From Mobula hypostoma (lineage: Eukaryota), in assembly GCF_963921235.1 (NCBI RefSeq), contig NC_086108.1, positions 79,238,001 to 79,302,000 of the forward strand: a DNA stretch of 64,000 bases. Reading direction: 5' to 3'. Below are positions 38,769 through 50,344 of this stretch, one piece after another. Below the pieces are notes generated by a model. That model saw only the letters and a list, made by a program, of their open reading frames with translations. It did not search any database and was not told where the DNA came from. Each line of letters opens with the position of its first letter. Positions within the stretch are counted from its first letter, which is position 1. The position numbers and the translations under genes are program-made.

Positions 38769-39699
38769 AGGAACCTGATAGCTTGTGTGCCTCATCTAAG
38801 GAAGGATGTGCCGGCTTTGGAAAAGATCCAGAGATCCAGAGGAGGTCCATGAGAATGAGAGGGTGAGCAGGAAAATAAATCAACCAGGATTGAATGTGGA
38901 GCAGGCTCAAAGGGCCAAACAGCCTACTTCTGCTCCTATGTCTTATGGTCTTTACATATGGGAACCTTTCAGCAGCATTAGCGGTTCCCTCTTAAAATGC
39001 ACAGTGAAATTTTTGTGTTCATTTTTATGAGCATTTTGGAACTTTTTAAAATGTTACAGGGGATACTTAACATGTTCTTAATGCCTTTGAATAAAGGCTT
39101 GGAAGAATCTTTAGATGGTACGTTTTGAAGAGGAGGCTATTGCTATGACACTTTCGTGGTGACATTGTCCATAATCTCAGTTCCTCAACATGTCAAAAAA
39201 TTGTCATACCAAGCAAAATTCATCCTCTTGTGTCAATGGCACTTTATAAAGGAGGACTGGATTTGCAGCTACTTCAGTGATAAAATTGTTCTCTATACCA
39301 TTGGGGATAAAATGCATCTCACATCTTCCTTTGTAAATCAGGCAATATGCCTTTGAAGTATACCTTTGGATGGTTTAAATAGAATTGATGGGCCGAATTG
39401 CCTGCTTCAATGCTATACAATTATATGATTTTCTCTGACACAACGTTGGTTGAAATTTAAGCGAGTTAAATGTATTTGAGAGTGAACAAATCTAATTTAT
39501 TGCATATCAATTGAATTACACATAATTGGAAGATTTCAGGCAGTAAAACAGGCTTCAAATTTGATACTTTATCATTATCCCTCAGAAGTGATTCCAAAAC
39601 TTGAGTACGAGAAGATCTGGAGTATGATGATTATTCTTCAATGGAAAAGTTTTCTACTATTCTTTATATTTAGATAAATGGCCAGGTAATCATGATGAG

Positions 39700-39820
39700 C
39701 AGGGGAGGACTGTTGGATTGGACACATGAAAAACTTCCTGCTCTGCTTCAAGTTGCGTCATGGGTTCTTTGATTATCACCAGATGAGGTGCAAGGTGTAA
39801 TTTCTCAAATGAAGAACAGT
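39700..39820 (-). mobile_element. ancient Deu-domain SINE fragment
   Basis: cctgctctgcttcaag...catgggttctt...caccagatgag resembles the reverse complement of the Deu domain as recalled. Confidence 0.35.
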
Positions 39821-40396
39821 GATCCCCATGTTTTACCAAGTTGCTTATCTCAGCCACAGCAGAGACTGAAAATTACAGTTGGTCTATACTGTTGTGTAAG
39901 CCAAGGTTTTTTATCCTGTTTGCAATTCAGCAATCTCTAATAAAATCATACACTTGAGCTCTAGGATGAAATAGAAGTTGGCTCAGCTACAAGGTTTTTA
40001 CAACCGAAAGGTCTGTCAAGTCTTGCAAATGAGAATGGTAACATTGTCATCTGTAAACTGCAGTCTGGCTGATTTCAACATGGTTGGGGCTGAAAAACTG
40101 AATGGAAGTGTTCTGCTGTTTCAGTTAAAGGTATATGACTCCATTCCTCTGGTGACTATAATTTCCATGTATAAACCAGACTGCACAAGCAAATATTTCA
40201 GCATCACTAAATTAACAGTCAGAGCAAAACTCAGATGTATGGAATGCTATAGGAAAAGATTCAAAAAAAGGACAAAATATTATTAAGAGAAAGTTAAGAG
40301 AGAAAATTCAAAACTTTATCAGAAAGATTGGATCTAGCAAGGCTTTTGAATAAAGTACAGACGATGAAGGATATAAATTCACCGAGATACATCTAC

Positions 40397-40657
40397 TACT
40401 GTAGCGTAGTGGTTAGCAGAATGCTTTACCGTACAGGTGACCTAGGTTCAATTCCTGCCACTGCCTGTAAGTTTGTATGTTCTCCTTGTGACCGCTTGGG
40501 TTTCTTCTGGGTGCTTAAGTTTCAAAGATATAGCGGTTGGTAGGTTAATTGGTCATTGTAAATTGTCTCATGATTAAGGTAGGATTAAATCGGGGGTGGC
40601 TCGAAGGGATAGAAGGGCCTATTCCGTGCTGTAGCTGAATAAATAAATAAACAATAA
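40397..40657 (+). mobile_element. HE1/V-SINE-type tRNA-derived SINE
   Basis: A box tagcgtagtggtta, B box ggttcaattcc, V-domain-like tttgtatgttctcc...tgggtttc, CR1-like tail with (taaa)n. Confidence 0.75.
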
Positions 40658-41138
40658 ATGAGTTTGTGATGAGCACTATACTGTATATGTCCAATTATGG
40701 GCATAAAGCTGGCCCAAATTTGAGCCTCAGCTGGTATTTCAAACGTGCAGTGAATATGTAAATGTGTATCACACACTGCATTCTTAGTAGCCCGAGGTGT
40801 TAAGCAGAAGACAAAATAGCAGTCCATACTCACTACAAAATGATCAATGTGGGATGATCTCACCTGCAGTGTTAAAGGTAACATGCACCTTATGATAGGA
40901 AGCCTCAGATCCCAAATATCTGCTTCATATCAAAGGTAGTCCTTGATCATGGATCTGTGGGTATATCTCCTATAGTTTGCCACCCATTAGAATTTATGAA
41001 AAAATAAGTTCTGGTACTTGCAAGTTTGCCTACTAGAAATACTCTGAATTAGAGGTTCCGGCTACCTTTGAAGAAAATTGGAAAATGCCCTATGACAGAT
41101 CTTATACAGATAAACTGAAGTGAACATAACACAAGGTA

Positions 41139-41324
41139 AACAACAGGAATTCTGCAGATGCTGGAAATTCAAGCAACACACATCAAGGTTGCTGGTGAAT
41201 GCAGCAGGCCAGGCAGCATCTCTAGGAAGAGGTACAGTCGACGTTTCAGGTCCTGACGTAGGGTCTCGGCCTGAAACGTCGACTGTACCTCTTCCTAGAG
41301 ATGCTGCCTGGCCTGCTGCGTTGG
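41139..41324. mobile_element. Penelope-derived fold-back mini-element
   Basis: Perfect 50-bp inverted arms 41201-41250 / 41270-41319; 13-bp TSD ataacacaaggta at 41126-41138 and 41325-41337. Confidence 0.88.
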
Positions 41325-41654
41325 ATAACACAAGGTATGGGCTTTGGGTGTAACTGTAGTGAAAAACATCCTGGAATCTGTTCTGGAAGCCTTCAGAAGT
41401 TAAAAGTCAACATTAAAATATCTTTAAGTCTGATGACGACTCTAGCTTAAAATTGCCAGGCCACTAAATAGGTTGACCTTGCAGGGAGGAAATTGTGAAA
41501 ATGTTGCAAAAAAAATTTTTTTTTTTTGGGTTCTGGAGCAGCATAAGTTAGAATAGTGGAGGTTGCAACACAGAGAAATACAACCTAAGCCTTGCTTTTA
41601 AATAGCACCTTCATGATGCTCTAAAATACTTCACAGCCAGTCAAGTTTATTCAG

Positions 41655-43545
41655 AGTACTAACATAGAACATGGAACATTACCACACAGGAACAGGCCCT
41701 TCAGTCCCCAATGTTGTGTTGAGCCAATTAAATAAGTAATCAAATGGCCAACTAAACTAAACTCTTTTGCCTCCCAATGTCTATATCCTTCCATTTCCCT
41801 CATATTCATTGTCTGTCTGTCTAGGTACCATATCCGATGCGGACTTTGGTGACCATGGTTTTCCATTTAGATCTATCCTTCGTTTTTTGGATGACTTCCA
41901 TGTCCTTGATGTGTAGCCACCTGGCTATGCTTTTGATGTACATAATCCGAGGTCTTCCTCTAGGTTTGCTCCCCTCAATCTTTCCAGAGAGTATGAGTTT
42001 TTCTAGTTCATCTTTCCACATGATGTGTCCTAGGAATCTGAGTTGTCTTTCTCTTATTGTTGGTATGAGTGATCGAACTGCTTGGGCTCTTCTGAGAACT
42101 TATTCATTACTTATCTAAATATCTCTTAAAAGTCTCCAAAGTTTCTGCCTCTTCCACCACCCCACACAATGCATTCCGGGCACCCACCTCTCTCTGTGTA
42201 AAAAACTTGTCCCAAACATCTCCTTTATACTTAACCCCCTCACCTTAAATGCATGCCCTTTGGTATTAGACATGTCAACCCTGGGAAAAAGATTCTGTCT
42301 GTCTGCAATATCTATGCCTCTCATAATCTTATAAGGCTATAAGACCGTAAGATATAGGAACAAACTTAGATCACTTGGCCCATTGAGCCTGCTCTGCCAT
42401 TTCATCATGGCTAACCTATTTTCCTCTCAGTCCTTATCTCTTGCCTTCTCCCCGTATTGTTTCATGCCCTCATTTATCAAGGATTTATCAACCTCTACCT
42501 TAAATATACCCAACCACTTGGCCTCCACAACCTCCACAGCCACTTCTGGCAACAAATTCCACAGATTCAACAGTTGGTGGCTAAAGAATTTCCTCCTCAT
42601 CTTCATTCTAAATGGTTGTCCCTCTATTCTGAGGTTGTGTCCTCTGATTCCCCCACCATTGGAAACATCCTTTCCAAATCTTCCCTATTGATGCCTTTCA
42701 ACATTATAAACCTCTATCAGATCTCCCCTCAGCCTCTAGCACTCCAGAGAAAATAACCCAAGCTTCTCCAACCTCTCATGATAGCACATGCCCTCTAATC
42801 CAGAAAACATCTGAGTAAACCTCTTCTGCATCTTCTCCGAAGCCTCTACATCCTTCCTATAATGGGGTGACCAGAAAGGTGTGCAATGCTCCAGATATGG
42901 CCTAACTGGAGTTTTATAAAGCTGCAATATAACTTCCTGAATTTTGAACTCAGTGTCTCAATGAATAAAAGCAAGCATGCCATAACCCTTCTTAATCATC
43001 CTATCAACCTGCGTAGCCACTTTCAGGGAGCTATGAACTTGGGCCCCAACATCCCTCTGTTCATCAGCACTTAAGGTCCTCAATTTTGTCCTGGTGCTCT
43101 GGTTCCCATCCTCTGCCAAACAAGTTGAAACCCACTTGAGAATCACTAGCGGACCTCCCGGCTGGGATATTGGTTCCCTCTCAGTTTAGGTGCACTCTGT
43201 CCCTCTTGTTCCGGTCACCCATGCCCCAGAAAAAGTTACAATTATCCAAGACCCTGAAACTCAGCACCCTGCACCTGGTCCTCAGCCAGTCATTCATCTC
43301 TTACTATTGTCCTATTGGCGCCCGGACTAGCACATAATACTGGTAATAATTCCAAGGTTCCAACCTTGGAGGTCCTGCTCTTCAGCTTCTTTCTTAACTC
43401 CCTATTTTTACTAGGCAAGACCTCTTCCCCCTTTCTACCTGTGTCATGGGTACCAATGTGCACTATGACCTCTGGTTGCTTTTCCTCCCTCTTGAGAATA
43501 CTCTCCAGCCATTTTGAGACATATCCTTGACCCTAGTGTCCAGTG
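41655..43545 (-). mobile_element. nested CR1 fragments (3' ends and an ORF1 esterase piece)
   Basis: MQLYKTPVRPYLEHC, MRGIDIADRQNLFP; second CR1 3' end at about 42340-42700; VHIGTHD at about 43445-43465. Confidence 0.8.
41811..42100 (-). mobile_element. RTE-clade LINE 3' fragment
   Basis: LEKLILSGKIEGSKPRGRPR...DRSKWK; (agac)n tail; TSD tattcatt at 41803-41810 and 42101-42108. Confidence 0.85.
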
Positions 43546-43654
43546 CCATGGTGATCCTAGTCTGATTAGTATTGCACTGTAGAGTCACAACATCCGCCAA
43601 ACAGCAAAAGTAATGAACTCTTTCAGTACTGCAGATTGAGAGATAAGATTTTCC

Positions 43655-43845
43655 AGGAAGTAAATCCCCTCCTCTTCTTCTCTGAGACGTCAGATGGAGT
43701 CTTGGTTGAACTGTGGTCCCTTTTCCAGTAAAGCAGCACTCCCTCAGAAATGCACTGAAGTTTCAGCCTGAACTTTATTAAGCAATTTGCTGTATCAAGA
43801 CTTGAATCTGCAACTTTCTGCCTCAGAGGCAAAGGACTGCAGAAC
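43655..43845 (-). mobile_element. SacSINE1/DeuSINE-like ancient SINE fragment
   Basis: gcagcactccctcag...tgcactgaag...cttgaatctgcaactttctgcctcagaggc resembles the reverse complement of a DeuSINE head as recalled. Confidence 0.45.
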
Positions 43846-43884
43846 CAATCAGTACACAATATGAATTGTATTTCCAATAGAAAA

Positions 43885-44780
43885 TTAACTTGGATGGACC
43901 CAGCAGCTCTGGCAGCATCTAGGAGAGAAATAAAATGTCAATGTTTTGGGCCGAGACCCTTCATCAAAAGGAAAGGAAGAGGGAAAAAGCCAAAATAGGA
44001 AGTTGGGGAGAGGAAAGCGTACAAGCTGTAAGGTGATAGGTAAAGCCAGGTGAGGGGGAAGTTAAGTGGGGGGGTGGTATAAAGTGGGGAAGGGGGTTGC
44101 TCAGCCACCCAAGCACCTTCACTCTGTCTGCAACAAGGGGATGTCCCATTGCCGACCATTATAATTCCACTGTCAATTCCCATTCCGAAATGTCAGTCCA
44201 CGGCCTCTTCTACTGCCATAATGAGGCCACTTGTGGGTTGGAGAAGCAAAACCCCATATTCCCTCTGAGTAGTCTCCGGTCTGATGGCATGAGCATCAAC
44301 TTCTCACACTTCCAGTACTTTCTCACCCCTGCCCCTTCTCCCCTTTACCATTCCCTTTTCTGGCTCTGCTCTTAACCCTTCTCTTCTTCTCACATATCTA
44401 TCACCTCTCTCCAGTCCACTTTCTCCTCCTCTATGCTCTTCTCTCCTCTCCTATCAGATTCATCTTCTCCAGCCTTTTTCCTTTTCCACCTATCACCTCT
44501 TGGCTTCTCACTTCATTCCCCCCCCCACTTCCCTACCCACCTACCTTCCCCCTCACCAGACCACCTATCTCCTTCTCGCTTGTACTCCTCCCACCCCCCC
44601 CCCCACCCCCACCACCGCTTCCCTATTCTGGCTTCTTCCTCCTTTCTTTCCAGTTCTGATGAAGGGCCTTGGCCCCAAACATCGACTATCCCTCTCCATA
44701 GACGCTGCCTGACCTGCAGAGTTCCTCCAGCGTTTTGTGTGTGTTACACTGGATTTTCAGCGAATGCAGAACCTCTTGTG
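43885..44780 (+). mobile_element. Penelope-like remnant with inverted 5' copy
   Basis: PIADHYNS...HSEMSVHGL...LEKQNPIF...DGMSINFSHF (GIY-YIG end); inverted terminal copy at 43885-44090. Confidence 0.8.
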
Positions 44781-47700
44781 TTTAGGAATCACGTTGTTGT
44801 GATTTAATCAGTTAATTTTGCTTTCAATTGTAAATTTGACTGTACCAGATTGAAGATTATTGTACACAGTCCTTGGTGGCGCACTCTGGTCAGGATCTTC
44901 CCACTCTAATTTGAGGAAGAATGGTAGAAGTCAGAGAGTCATTCAGCACAGTCATTCCATACTGACTGTGTTGCAAGTGAACATTCCACCTGTTTGCATT
45001 TGGCCCACAACCTTCCAAACCTCTTCTATCGATTTACTTACATTGAGTGCTTAATAAAATTCTACCAGTAATGGTCTCTCCCACTCGTCTCTGCAAGAAA
45101 TTATGCTGTGGGGTTAATGCAAATTCACCTATGCGATATAAAGTTGCTCAAGATTAAGCGTTTTACTATTTTAGACACTTTTGCATGAAATGATTTATAG
45201 TTTCATTTGTTTGAAACAAATGCAGGGAAACATAACTCACCGAATATGCAGTATTATAATCAGCAATGTTATTGTACAAATGTGGCTGCATATTCCATTC
45301 TCTATTGTATTTATGTATGTATATTCCTCTCTGACATATAACTTCATCCATTTAGTATCTTTCTAGTGAACAAAAATGATAATTATGCATGAATGCATAT
45401 ATTTGACTGTTCTGAGACATATTTAAATTATTCTAAAAATGAATTTGTAGATGTGATGTTGTATTTGAGCTGATAGTAGAATACTGCATTGCATGCACTA
45501 AGAATTCATGTATATTCTGATTTTCTATCTATCTATCTGCTTGGTCTAATTTTGATCAGATTCACACTTGTATCCTACTTCATCCTCCAAAGCCCCAGAG
45601 ATGAGGGTGGGATGGGGGAGGAGTTGCATTAGACAAAGTGTACTTGACATCTTCATGAATGACTTCGGACAGCTAGATTAAGGACAGAGGAAGAAGCTTA
45701 TTTCATGGCTGATTTGCTTTAATACCTCAGCGACAGCAGGGAAGCTAAAATGAACTTGCCCTTGAGAAAGCGGACGTAGGTCCTTTTTTTTTAAAGTCAC
45801 GATCAGACTCGGTGAATGCATCAGTGCTGCTGCTGTGTGCTGGTAAATAAACACACATGCACAAAAGAGAGGGGGAGGAGAGGTAACCGCAGAGATTGGG
45901 TTCATCCCCTCTAGAGTTGATGAAATGTTGCATTTTAAATGACATACTTCATATGCTTTAGAAGCACAAATACTCTGTGGAAGTGTTTATGATTCTGTCT
46001 AGCCTCTCGAACAATCAAAATGAATTCTTGCTCAAATCTGTTCCATTTTATGGTTGCTGTTTTGATACTATTTCTAGGCTGAGCTATTATCCAGAGAAAC
46101 ACTCACTTTTTTTTATTTGTGTTCCAACATTGCCTAACATCAGAGGCAAGGATGGAACAATTCCATGCCTCCCTATCTCTTTTTGTGTTGGAGTCACTAT
46201 CATATTTTATTGAAGAAAAGCTACGAAGGCCTCTGATACTTTGATTAAGCTCTGTGTACAGCCCTTGACCTGTGAACCTGAAAGAATTAATATCAGTCAA
46301 CACAGCGTTTCACTGCCCTCGCCAAGAATAAGAGAGAGAAGGAGAGAATGACTCAGAAGAAAACTACAAAGAAAATAGAAAAAGAGATTGATAGGCACTG
46401 GAAATGACAGAGACACAGAGAAGCAGGAAAAGAGACCGAGAGATTGGCAATGACAGGAGTAAATTAATATGAATAGGTGAATAAAGGAACAGGAACGGAG
46501 AGGCCGTTTCCAAAAGAAACAAAGCCATGGAAATAGATTAGTTAGGCTCTTACATACTGTACATACACACGCTGTGTACATGTGTGAATAGTAATCAATA
46601 GAAATAAATATGGTTTATAGTTTTAACTGAGATAGATTCTGCATAGAATAAATATTAGATTTATGCTGTAATGTACGGTATAGATAAATGTACATAACTA
46701 TTGGAATAGTGGCAGATAACAAAGATATTTAAATGAAGAAGAAAATAGAGTTACAGCATTCAGCCATCATATTGATAACTGCAGTATGGATGCAAGCCAT
46801 GGGTAGAGGAATGATTGAATAAAGGAGCGTCACCAAAGAGCCGGTAATCACATTTTAAGGAACGCTGATGAAAACTATAAAAAGGTATTTGGGACAATAA
46901 ATATAACAAAGGAGTATATATATTATGGTACCAAGAGCCTTGTAGAAATCTATGGCTGCAGAACAGCATGGTATAAAGTTCTGCACCACTCATTTCCTAT
47001 TACTTCTTCATCTTCCTGGAGTACAGCTACTGCCTTTTTAACCCTGTAAAAACATGGTTTCAATTTCACTATCAATTCAAAACATATGGAGCAGCGTACG
47101 TAGGATCAAATTAGGGTAGCACTTACAGCCCAACCTTCCGTGATTTCAAATGGAGCATTCTGAAACAAGAATAGACTGCACTGGAAGCACGGAGCAGGTC
47201 AAGCAGCAACATTGGAAAGAGAAGCTGAGTTAATGATTCAAGTCAAAGACCCTCTATCAAAACAGGGAATGAGAGAAACGGGTTAAGTTCCAAAGAATTA
47301 AATAGGACAGTAGGAATATCTTTGATAGGATATGACCAGGGTTGCCATGGGAATAAGATGTAGGCTTCATTTTCTTGATTGGTTAATAGGGATGGTTTAA
47401 GAGTGAGAATCAGAATCAGGTTTAATATCGCTGGTATATGTCATGAAATTTGTTAACTTTGCTGCAGCAGCACAATGAAATACATAATGTAACGTCCTGG
47501 TTAAGATTTCTAATGCTATGCTGTGAATTACAGTAAGTGTATATATAATAAATTGTTAAATTAAATAAGTAGTGCAAAAATAGATATAAAAAAGTAGTGA
47601 GGTGGTGTTCATGGGTTCAATGTCCATTCAGAAATTAGATGGCAGATGAGAACAAGCTGTTACTGAATTGATAAGTGTGTGCCTTCAGTGTTCTGAACAA

Positions 47701-47827
47701 GGCATGACCTGGGAGGTGGGTGGTCCTTAATGATGGACGCCGCCTTTTTGAGGCATCGCTCCTTGAAGGTGTCCATTTAACTCCGCAGGCTAGTGCTTAT
47801 GATGGAACTGACTAAGTTTACAACTTT

Positions 47828-48017
47828 TTGGATCTCCCCCTCCCCCTCCAACTTTCAAATCCCTTATTCACTCTTCCTTCAGTTAGTCCTGACGAAGGGT
47901 CTCGGCCTGAAACGTCGACTGCACCTCTTCCTAGAGATGCTGCCTGGCCTGCTGCGTTCACCAGCAACTTTTATGTGTGTTGCTTGAATTTCCAGCAGCT
48001 GCAGAATTCCTGTTGTT
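47828..48017 (+). mobile_element. Penelope terminal-repeat-only insert (190 bp)
   Basis: 15-bp TSD taagtttacaacttt at 47813-47827 and 48018-48032. Confidence 0.88.
47885..47920 (+). ncRNA. minimal type I hammerhead ribozyme motif
   Basis: AGTC-CTGACGA-A-GGG(tctcgg)CCT-GAAA-C-GTC-GACT; predicted cut after C47916. Confidence 0.65.
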
Positions 48018-48631
48018 TAAGTTTACAACTTTCTGCAACTTTGGTCCTCTGCAGTATCCCATCACCCCCATACCAGACAGTGATGCAGCCAGTTAGAATG
48101 CTTTCCACAGTATGTCTGTAGAAATCTTCAAGTGTTTTTTGATGACAAAGGTCTGTAAGAAATTGCAAATTGCAGGGCAACAGAACTTCCCCAGGAGGTC
48201 AGGCGATGCTAATGGAGAGAGCTGATGAGCTCAGAGTTTAAGGCTGGAATTTGTGGTCCCTGTCATTGGCAGGTCCACGGGTCAATAATGAAGATCTAAG
48301 CCCAAAGGTTGATTGGAAGTCTGGAAGTCAAAGCTTGATAGCTGAAGCCTGGAGACTGAAGGGACAAAGGCCTGTCCTGGAGTTGGTGGACTATCCATGG
48401 TGTGTGGTGAGTGTGAAGGAGGAAAGGGACTTGTTTTGATTTGTTTTCTTTGATTGTGTTCTGTTTTGTAGTGCTCTGTGTTGTTCTACCGAGCATTGTG
48501 TGTATACTCTGTTGGTGTCAGAATGTGTGGCGACACTTGCTGCTGCCCCCATCACATCCTTAGGTTGTGTTGGTTGTTAATGCAAATGACAAATTTCACC
48601 GTATGCTTTGATGGTCACAAGCAATGAACTT

Positions 48632-49991
48632 AAGATAAGACCATAAAATATAGGAGCAGAAGTGGGCTCATTTGGCCCATTGAGTCTGCTCTGCCATTCA
48701 ATCATGGGCTGATTCAATTCTCCCAGTCATCCCCACTCCACTGCTTTCACCCCATACCCTTTGATGCCCTGGCTAATCTAGAACCTATCTATCTCTGCCT
48801 TAAATACACCCAATGACTTAGCTTCCATAGCCGCTCGTGGCAACAAATTCCATGGATTTACCAACCTCTGACTAAAGTAATTTCTCCGCATCTCAGTTCT
48901 AAAAGGATGTCCTTCAATCCTGAAGTCATGCCCTCTTGGCCTAGAATCCCCTACCATGGGAAATAACTTTGCCATATCTAATCTGTTCCGGCCTTTTAAC
49001 ACTTGGAATGTTTCTATAAGATCCCCCCCCCCATTCTCCTGAACTCCATGGAATAAAGCCCAAGAGCTGCCAGACGTTCCTCATAAGGTAAGCCTTTCAT
49101 TCCTGGAATCATTCTCGTGAATCTCCTCTGAACCCTCTCCAATGTCAGTATATCCTTTCTAAAATAAGGAGCCCAAAACTGCACACAATACTGCAAGTGT
49201 GGTCTCATGAGTGCCTTACAGAGCCTCAACATCACACCCCTGCTCTTTTATTCTATACCTCTAGAAATGAATGCCAACATTCCATTTGCCTTCTTCAAAA
49301 CTGACTCAACATGGAGATTAACCTTTAGAGTATCCTGCACAAGGACTCCCAAGTCCCTTTGCATCTCCTCATTTTGAATTCTCTCCCCAGTTGAATAATA
49401 GTCTGCTTGTTTATTTCTTCCACCAAAGTGCATGACCATACGCTTTCCAACATTGTATTTCATTTGCCACTTCTTTGCCCATTCCCCTAAACTATCTAAG
49501 TCTCTCTGCAGCCTCTCTATTTCCTCAACACTACCCGCTCCTCCACCTATCTTTGTATCATCGGCAAATATAGCCACAAACCCATTAATCCCATAGTCCA
49601 AATCATTGACATACATCGTAAAAAGCAGCGGTCCCAACACCGAACCCTGTGGAACTCCACTGGTTACTGGCAGCCAGCCAGAATAGGATCCCTTTATTCT
49701 CACTCTCTGTTTTCTGCCGACCAGCCAATGTCCCACCCATGTTAGTAACCTCTTTGTAATTCTATGGGCTCTTATCTTGCTAAGCAGCTTCATGTGCGGT
49801 ACCTTGTCTAAGGCCTTCTGAAAATCCAAGTACATCACATCTACTGCATCTCCTTTGTCTACCCTGCTTGTAATTTCCTCAAAGAATTGCAGTAGGTTTG
49901 TCAGGCAAGATTTTCCTTTCAGGGGACCATGCTGGCTTTGGCCTATCTTGTCATGTGCCTCCAGATACTCCATAATCTCATCTCTAAACAT
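48632..49991 (-). mobile_element. CR1 LINE 5'-truncated copy (RT to 3' UTR)
   Basis: 247-aa ORF with [34 protein letters not shown]. Confidence 0.92.
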
Positions 49992-50344
49992 TTGAATAAC
50001 ACAGATGGATAATTAATAACAGAAATGGCCATTTCTTATACAGATTGTGAAAATGAGTTACATGAAATTGTATAATTCAATATTTAATCTTGAAACAATA
50101 TTCCCAGACAGAAGATAAAGTGTTCTTCCTATGTTGGGCCTTGTTTTAATAGTACAGAGGGCTACACATAGATAGGTGAGTGTGGGATGGAGCACTAAAG
50201 TGGCAAGTAACAGAAAGCTGATCACCTCAGTGGACTGAATGCAGGTGCCGAGCACAGTGATTGCGTGATCTGTGTTTGAATTCCCTCATGTGAATAGTGC
50301 GTTCACTAGATTGAAGAAGTGAAAGTGAGGCATTGCTTACACAG

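Larger units (their letters stand above)
47405..48150 (-). mobile_element. Rex1/Babar-type LINE 3' fragments, split by a Penelope insert
   Basis: FYRHTVESILTGCITVWYG; gaatcagaatcag tail. Confidence 0.75.

Noticed and set aside
46103..46303. GLYTELN resembling an ITAM, and MKARWSAL (27343) resembling the CD247 start
   Set aside because: No second YxxL, no TM exon, and the order on the strand is wrong
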